Source: a virus (taxonomy: Duplodnaviria; Caudoviricetes). Taken from it: a stretch of 60,657 nucleotides of DNA. Position numbers and translations under genes: made by a program. Each line of letters opens with the position of its first letter. Positions within the stretch are counted from its first letter, which is position 1. Where the stretch lies: the IMG/VR virus record IMGVR_UViG_3300012201_000001, positions 1-60,657 of that record. One strand, given 5' to 3'. A model generated the notes under the pieces. That model had not been told where the DNA came from, did no database searches, and saw only the letters and a list, made by a program, of their open reading frames with translations. Of this stretch, positions 55,842 to 60,657 are shown one piece after another.

Positions 55842-56143
55842 CGGCCGACCCCCTGCGCGTCCGCCAGGTCGTCGACGTCGCGGACCGGGGTCACGTCGCG
55901 CACGCGGCGCGGCGGGATCGGCCGGCCCAGCAGCTCCTCCGCGGGCGTCATGTTCGACAGGTCCGGCGGCGCCTGCTCCGGAAACGCTCCGCGGCCGTCC
56001 GACCAGCCAAGCGAGAGCGCGGCACGGCTCCAGGAGGCGGCGATCACGACGGCGCGAAGCGTAAGCCCTGCGCCGTAGCTCGCGGCGTACAAGACCGCGA
56101 AGGCCGCCGTCGCCAGCGCCCGCCCGACCCGCCTCGCCCTCAT
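55838..56143 (-). CDS. Hypothetical protein
   Basis: 101 aa with an N-terminal hydrophobic stretch. Confidence 0.5.
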   Translation of the reverse strand: MRARRVGRALATAAFAVLYAASYGAGLTLRAVVIAASWSRAALSLGWSDGRGAFPEQAPPDLSNMTPAEELLGRPIPPRRVRDVTPVRDVDDLADAQGVGR

Positions 56144-57582
56144 CCGACGTCGTAGTTGAACGCGGGCTGCGGCGCCAGGTTCTGGTCCACCGCGCTGAAG
56201 TATGCGAACTGCCCCGCCATCGCGGCGTCGATGAAGCTCCGCCCGGTAGGCAGCTCTTTAGTCGCCCGCTGCCCGAAACGGTCCGACTTGATGACCAGGT
56301 TGTCGACGTGGCGCGCCAGGCGCGGGTCCCCGTCATGGGTCAGCTTGTGCTCCATCACCCCGTCCCGGAACCGCTGCCAGAGGGCGACGTAGCGGGGCGC
56401 GTTGGTCGGCACCGCCAGGACCTCCATCTTCACGTCCTGACCGAGCTCGATCAGGACCCACGTCCACAGCGTCTCGTCCGCGGCCAGGGCGCGGACGTCG
56501 TAGCGCTGCCGCGTCTGCTTGATCGCCTCGGCCACATCGCGCGGGTCCACGCGCCCCTGCTCCGGCTCCCAGACGTCGATCACGAACAGGTGGCCGTCGA
56601 GCGTGCAGCCGACCAGGGCCGTGCAGTCCCTGGCCCGGGAGCCGTCGAAGCCGACCACGATCGGCTCGCCCTCGCGCACGCGCCGCTCCCGGTAGCAGCT
56701 CGACCAGGCGCCGGACGGCAGCGCGGCGTTGCGCGTCGCCGTCCACTGGCCGAGGCGGAAGCGGCGGAACTCCGACTCCGGCGTCGTCGAGAGGCTGGCC
56801 ACGAAGTCCTCCTCGTTCAGGAACCCGCCGTCGTCGTCCAGGGCCGGGTTGCACTCCCGCCAGACCTTGGGGTCCGTGTGGTCGCAGTCCGGGTCCCCCG
56901 GCTCGAACGCGGTGAAGTAGAAGCCGGGGTCCTCCAGCTCCCCGCTCTGCACCTTCTTGCCGTGCGTGTAGAGCGAGTAGGCCAGCGACTCCTTCTCCCA
57001 GCCCGGGGTGCTGATCCCGACCATCATCGGCTGCGCCCGCGCCGCCGACCCCAGGCTCATCGTCGTCCACAGCTTGTCGGTCGGCTGCATCGCCACCTCG
57101 TCGAACAGCGTGAACGAGGGCGAGAGTCCCATCTGGAGCGAGACCTCCGAGGAGAGGACGCGGAGGATGGTCCCCGTCGACGGCACCTCCATGTGGAAGC
57201 GGTAGGGCACCACCATCGAGGCGATCTCGTCGTCCTGCTCCACGATCCGCTTGACCTCGTCGAAGGCGCGGCTGGCCTGGAGCCGGTCGCCGGCCACGTA
57301 GTAGACCTCGCCTCCCTCCTCGCCCATCAGCGCCTCGTAGAGGGAGAGCGCGGCGAACAGGTAGGTCTTGCCGTTCTTGCGCGGCATCTGCACGTAGGCG
57401 CGGCGGTGCTTGCGCCTGCGGTCCGGCCGCAGCTCGAGGAGACCGCGCAGGATCCCCCGCTGGAAGGGGAGCAGGCGGACCGGCTCCCCGCGCCGCTCCC
57501 CGCGCGTCAGCCTGCAGTGCCGCTCGATGAACGTCGCCGCCAGGTCGCCCTCGGTGACCGGGCGCGCGCGCCTACTCGGCAC
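56140..57582 (-). CDS. terL: Terminase large subunit
   Basis: 'LLPFQ', 'PRKNGKT', 'LFDE', 'ISTPG', 'GFDGSRARDCTA', 'IDAAMA'. Confidence 0.93.
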   Translation of the reverse strand: MPSRRARPVTEGDLAATFIERHCRLTRGERRGEPVRLLPFQRGILRGLLELRPDRRRKHRRAYVQMPRKNGKTYLFAALSLYEALMGEEGGEVYYVAGDRLQASRAFDEVKRIVEQDDEIASMVVPYRFHMEVPSTGTILRVLSSEVSLQMGLSPSFTLFDEVAMQPTDKLWTTMSLGSAARAQPMMVGISTPGWEKESLAYSLYTHGKKVQSGELEDPGFYFTAFEPGDPDCDHTDPKVWRECNPALDDDGGFLNEEDFVASLSTTPESEFRRFRLGQWTATRNAALPSGAWSSCYRERRVREGEPIVVGFDGSRARDCTALVGCTLDGHLFVIDVWEPEQGRVDPRDVAEAIKQTRQRYDVRALAADETLWTWVLIELGQDVKMEVLAVPTNAPRYVALWQRFRDGVMEHKLTHDGDPRLARHVDNLVIKSDRFGQRATKELPTGRSFIDAAMAGQFAYFSAVDQNLAPQPAFNYDVG

Positions 57583-58036
57583 GCCTGAGCTGAACGACCT
57601 TCGCCTTGAGCGTGTCCAGGGAGGACTGGGGCTTGGAGGGCGCGAGCTGCTTGCGGTCCCGCATCGACATCCCCAGCATCGCCAGCACCTGGAGCAGGCT
57701 CTTCTTCATCTCGAACAGGGCGTGCGCGTTCTGCGGCGTCGGGTTGCGCAGGTAGCGGTTGTACGCCAGCCGCGTCTGGTCCTCGGACTCGCAGCAGAGC
57801 TCGACCAGCGGAGTGTCGCGCTCGGTCAGCGCGGTGAAGTGGAGCCAGAGGTGACGCCAGAGCTTCTTCCCCGCCGGACCCAGCTGCGGCGGCGGCGCGG
57901 GGATCTCGCTCTCCTGGCGGAGCGGGAACGCCACCAGCTCGCCCTGCCCGGCGTGGCGAACGGGCTGGAACGTCCCCCGACGCCTGTGCTCCTCCGCGCT
58001 CTTGCGGTTGCTGCCGCCCGACCCGATCCCGCCCAC
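57572..58036 (-). CDS. terS: Terminase small subunit (P27-like)
   Basis: 'PPPQLGPAGKKLW', 'LGMSMRDR'; directly upstream of terL. Confidence 0.8.
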   Translation of the reverse strand: MGGIGSGGSNRKSAEEHRRRGTFQPVRHAGQGELVAFPLRQESEIPAPPPQLGPAGKKLWRHLWLHFTALTERDTPLVELCCESEDQTRLAYNRYLRNPTPQNAHALFEMKKSLLQVLAMLGMSMRDRKQLAPSKPQSSLDTLKAKVVQLRRAE

Positions 58037-58233
58037 GGCCTCAGCTCCAGGTCACGACCGCTCACCGAACACCAGGAGCCGGAGGTAGAACCGGGCCAGC
58101 CAGCGGACCCTCCACCAGGGCGACCGGGTCGAGTAGGTCCGCCACGTGCGGCGGTCGAAGTCCAGGTTGCGCCGGATCGCCGCCCAGCGGGACTCGATCA
58201 TGCCGACCATCTTGGCACGCGGCGAGCGGCGCG

Positions 58234-58746
58234 TCACGCGACGTTGAACGGCCGGGCCTTTTTTTGCTGCACGCGCGCGAGCGAAACTGGCAGCGGGTGT
58301 CGGCGGCTGGGCTCGAACACGCGCGCACCCCTCCCCCCCCGGTCCCTCGTCCCCGCAGCGCCGACCTCGGCCGCGTTGCAGGCGCGGCAGGCGACCATGA
58401 GGTTGACCCTGGCGCTGGTCCCTCCCGCGGAGAGGGGAACGATGTGGTGGACGGTCAGTTCCTCCGCCACGTGGGCGCTCCGGCCCGCCAGCCCTGGACA
58501 CCAGCCGCCGAAGAGGGCTCGCCACTCGGCCACCATCTGCCGGGCCAGCGCTTGGTACTCGGCGTCGTAGCCTCGCTCGGTTGGGGTTCCTCGCGCCTGC
58601 TCCAGCTCAGCCTGATGCTCGGGGCAGCGGCTCCCCTCGGCCGGCCTCCCGCACACGATGCATTGCTTTCGATGAGTCGGGCGGGGCGATCTCGCTTGAC
58701 CTCCCCGCTCCTCGCTCTCCCTGCTAGGCGCCTTCGGTGCCGCCAC
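58234..58746 (-). CDS. Packaging-associated HNH endonuclease (HK97 gp74-like)
   Basis: 'C..CG...RCPEH...RGYD...VHHIVPLSAGG...NLMVACRACN' upstream of terS. Confidence 0.82.
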   Translation of the reverse strand: MAAPKAPSRESEERGGQARSPRPTHRKQCIVCGRPAEGSRCPEHQAELEQARGTPTERGYDAEYQALARQMVAEWRALFGGWCPGLAGRSAHVAEELTVHHIVPLSAGGTSARVNLMVACRACNAAEVGAAGTRDRGGRGARVFEPSRRHPLPVSLARVQQKKARPFNVA

Positions 58747-58886
58747 CGTCTCCGCCGCCTTCGTCCGGTCCGGGCGCTGGCTCCGGCTGGGGCTCGGGCT
58801 TCGGGTCGTCCGGTCCGCTCTCCATGTTCCTCATCGCTGGCTCTCCTCCTTGCTCGATGTGCGGGGCCTTGATGGTACTCGGTCCC

Positions 58887-59201
58887 TCAGCGGCAGGGGC
58901 GACCCTCGTGCTTGCCCACGTTCGGGGGATGATCGCTCGACCGGCCTGGTCCGCGGCAGACCTGCGGAGGCGGCGCGGGACGCGGCGTCGGAGGTTGCGC
59001 GCTCGGCGCGATGACCGGCGAGGGCGGCGACGCCTCGACCGAGGGCACGATCTCGGGCGGCGACGAGGCATGGATCGGAGGCGTGATCACGGGACTCCGC
59101 GTAGGCGGTCCCGCGGGCCACAGCATCACGACCGCGACCAGGCCCACGAACACCGCCACCGCGAGCAGGTCCCTCAGCATCGTCCGGCTGCGAGCGATCA
59201 C
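58887..59201 (-). CDS. Pro-rich membrane-anchored protein
   Basis: One TM segment plus a Pro-rich tail. Confidence 0.5.
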   Translation of the reverse strand: MIARSRTMLRDLLAVAVFVGLVAVVMLWPAGPPTRSPVITPPIHASSPPEIVPSVEASPPSPVIAPSAQPPTPRPAPPPQVCRGPGRSSDHPPNVGKHEGRPCR

Positions 59202-59626
59202 CTTCGATCATGCTCCTCGATCAGGTCCAGCAGCCGCCGGCGATCTCGCAGCCGCCAGTGACCGACCAGCGTGTAGCCGGCCGCGAACATCAGGAACATG
59301 GCCTCCAGCAGGACCGTGCGCGCGGTCAGGATCGGGGCGTCCGGGAAACTCAGCGCCCAGAGGCCGACCAGCAGCCCGGGCGGCGAGATCACGCAGCGCA
59401 GCGCGGCCTCGCGCACGGCGTTGGTGGCCGTGATCATCGCCTCGCCGTCGTGCCCGGAGCGCTGCAGACGCCGCCGGTCGCGCAGGTAGGTGACGAGGGC
59501 GACCGGGCCGAGGATCGCCGAGTAGGCGAAGCACAGGGTCCAGGCCGCCTCGGTCAGGAACGGGAGCAGCAGGTGCGGGCCACCGGGCCAGCCGCGCAGG
59601 ATCTCCAGGTTGACCCAGTCGAGCAC
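59198..59626 (-). CDS. Membrane protein
   Basis: About 3 hydrophobic segments. Confidence 0.55.
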   Translation of the reverse strand: MLDWVNLEILRGWPGGPHLLLPFLTEAAWTLCFAYSAILGPVALVTYLRDRRRLQRSGHDGEAMITATNAVREAALRCVISPPGLLVGLWALSFPDAPILTARTVLLEAMFLMFAAGYTLVGHWRLRDRRRLLDLIEEHDRR

Positions 59627-59628
59627 GG

Positions 59629-59826
59629 TCAGGATCGGAGCTGGCGCGTTCGGACCTGCAAGGCCCGGACGCGCGCATCGACCCCCTGCTTGCGGCGGTC
59701 CACCTCCGCGAGCTGCATGTCGACCACCTTCTTGTCGTGCGCGTCGAACACCCGCCGACGCTCCAGGTTCTCCGGCGTCATCGATCGTCTCTCCTCGAAC
59801 TTGGGCTTCCTCTTGAACAGCCTCAA
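59629..59826 (-). CDS. Hypothetical protein
   Basis: 65 aa, charged helix. Confidence 0.55.
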   Translation of the reverse strand: MRLFKRKPKFEERRSMTPENLERRRVFDAHDKKVVDMQLAEVDRRKQGVDARVRALQVRTRQLRS

Positions 59827-60137
59827 GGCGCTGGCGTCGATTGTGGGCCATGCGCGCCCGTGATGCTCGCGATCAGCCGCTCGTTGACCTCGGTCAGCCG
59901 CTCGTTCTGCTCGACCAGGCTCGCTCCCGTGGCTACCGACCTCTGCGCCGCCTCTTTCCAGGTGTCGCGTTGCTCGCGCATCTCGTCCAGCCTGGCCGCC
60001 GCGACCTTCTCGCTCGCCTCCACCTCGCGCTTGAAGCGGAGCTGGCCGGTCACGAGCAGGCCGAAGAAGGTCATCCCGATCAGGATCAGCAGCGCCGCCA
60101 GCGGGAGCTGCGCGATCGCCACCGGGTCCAAGCTCAC
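59823..60137 (-). CDS. Membrane protein with coiled-coil tail
   Basis: TM 'LPLAALLILIGMTFFGLLVTGQL', then 'EQRDTWKEAA'. Confidence 0.6.
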   Translation of the reverse strand: MSLDPVAIAQLPLAALLILIGMTFFGLLVTGQLRFKREVEASEKVAAARLDEMREQRDTWKEAAQRSVATGASLVEQNERLTEVNERLIASITGAHGPQSTPAP

Positions 60138-60364
60138 AGCAGGTCCTCGAGCCGGACCCCCGGGTCCGCCAGCGCCTCGTGCGCGGCGATCACCTCGTCG
60201 CTGTCGATCGGATCGCTGGCGTCGGTCACGATCTCGTCGACCGTCCACTCGCGCAGGCACTCCTCGCAGCGGTGGTGGGTCAGGCGCTCTCGCCCTGACC
60301 GCTGGACGACCACCACGACGCGCTCTGCCGGAGCGCCGCACCCGCAGCTCGTCATCCCCGGCAT
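60134..60364 (-). CDS. Small Zn-binding protein
   Basis: CGCG...HRCEEC...AHEAL. Confidence 0.55.
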   Translation of the reverse strand: MPGMTSCGCGAPAERVVVVVQRSGRERLTHHRCEECLREWTVDEIVTDASDPIDSDEVIAAHEALADPGVRLEDLL

Positions 60365-60534
60365 CGTCGCTCGCTACTCTGAGTGAACCGCCTCCGGATT
60401 ACAAGCCGCTTAACAGTCTCGCGACGCCTCGAAGCAGGCTCGGCAGACGCAGCTCAAGCGATGCCCGTTCCGCTTGGTCGGAGCCCGTCGCCGCATCTCG
60501 CTCAGGTCCTTGCCCCTGATAGCGGAGGAACAGC

Positions 60535-60657
60535 AGCGACCGCCGACAAACTGAGTCCCTAGCGCACGTGTCATCGGCCGATCCAATCTGGCTGGCGATC
60601 AAACTGGCGCGGGGAGTGCAGCACCTCAAAAGCATCAATGACGAGGTGACGAAGCTC
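60535..60657. repeat. Terminal direct repeat, copy 2
   Basis: Identical to 1-123. Confidence 0.95.

Noticed and set aside
58250-58345. cos site near the G-run and CGCGCG/A-tract downstream of the HNH
   Set aside because: The position is plausible, but the cut site cannot be determined without read termini.

Overview
The window looks like a complete, circularised, high-GC siphovirus genome with an HK97-fold capsid. Bases 1-123 are repeated at 60535-60657. Almost all genes are on the minus strand: HNH, terS, terL, portal, a block of probable decoration genes, protease, capsid, glycosyltransferases, head-tail and tail genes, lysis genes, then early/recombination/replication genes and a DNA-modification cluster. 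I found no integrase, tRNA or canonical CRISPR array. The main highlight is a plus-strand cassette inserted just after the capsid gene (about 42860-44372). It encodes a stand-alone RAMP/Cas7-like protein and a partner ORF, followed by a non-coding array of 5-nt GGY-NN units and a terminator, and is flanked by 17-bp inverted repeats. It is a candidate phage-encoded RNA-guided system of the VIPR type. The second highlight is a predicted cytosine carboxymethylation pathway: a CmoA-like carboxy-SAM synthase, a C5 methyltransferase with Asn-to-Arg in motif X, and a frameshifted AsnB-like amidotransferase. Also notable are HNH genes that appear to have duplicated or recoded the ends of neighbouring genes, an iteron-like origin, and a recurring AACCACGAC leader motif. 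All protein family calls come from motif recognition by eye, not database searches.
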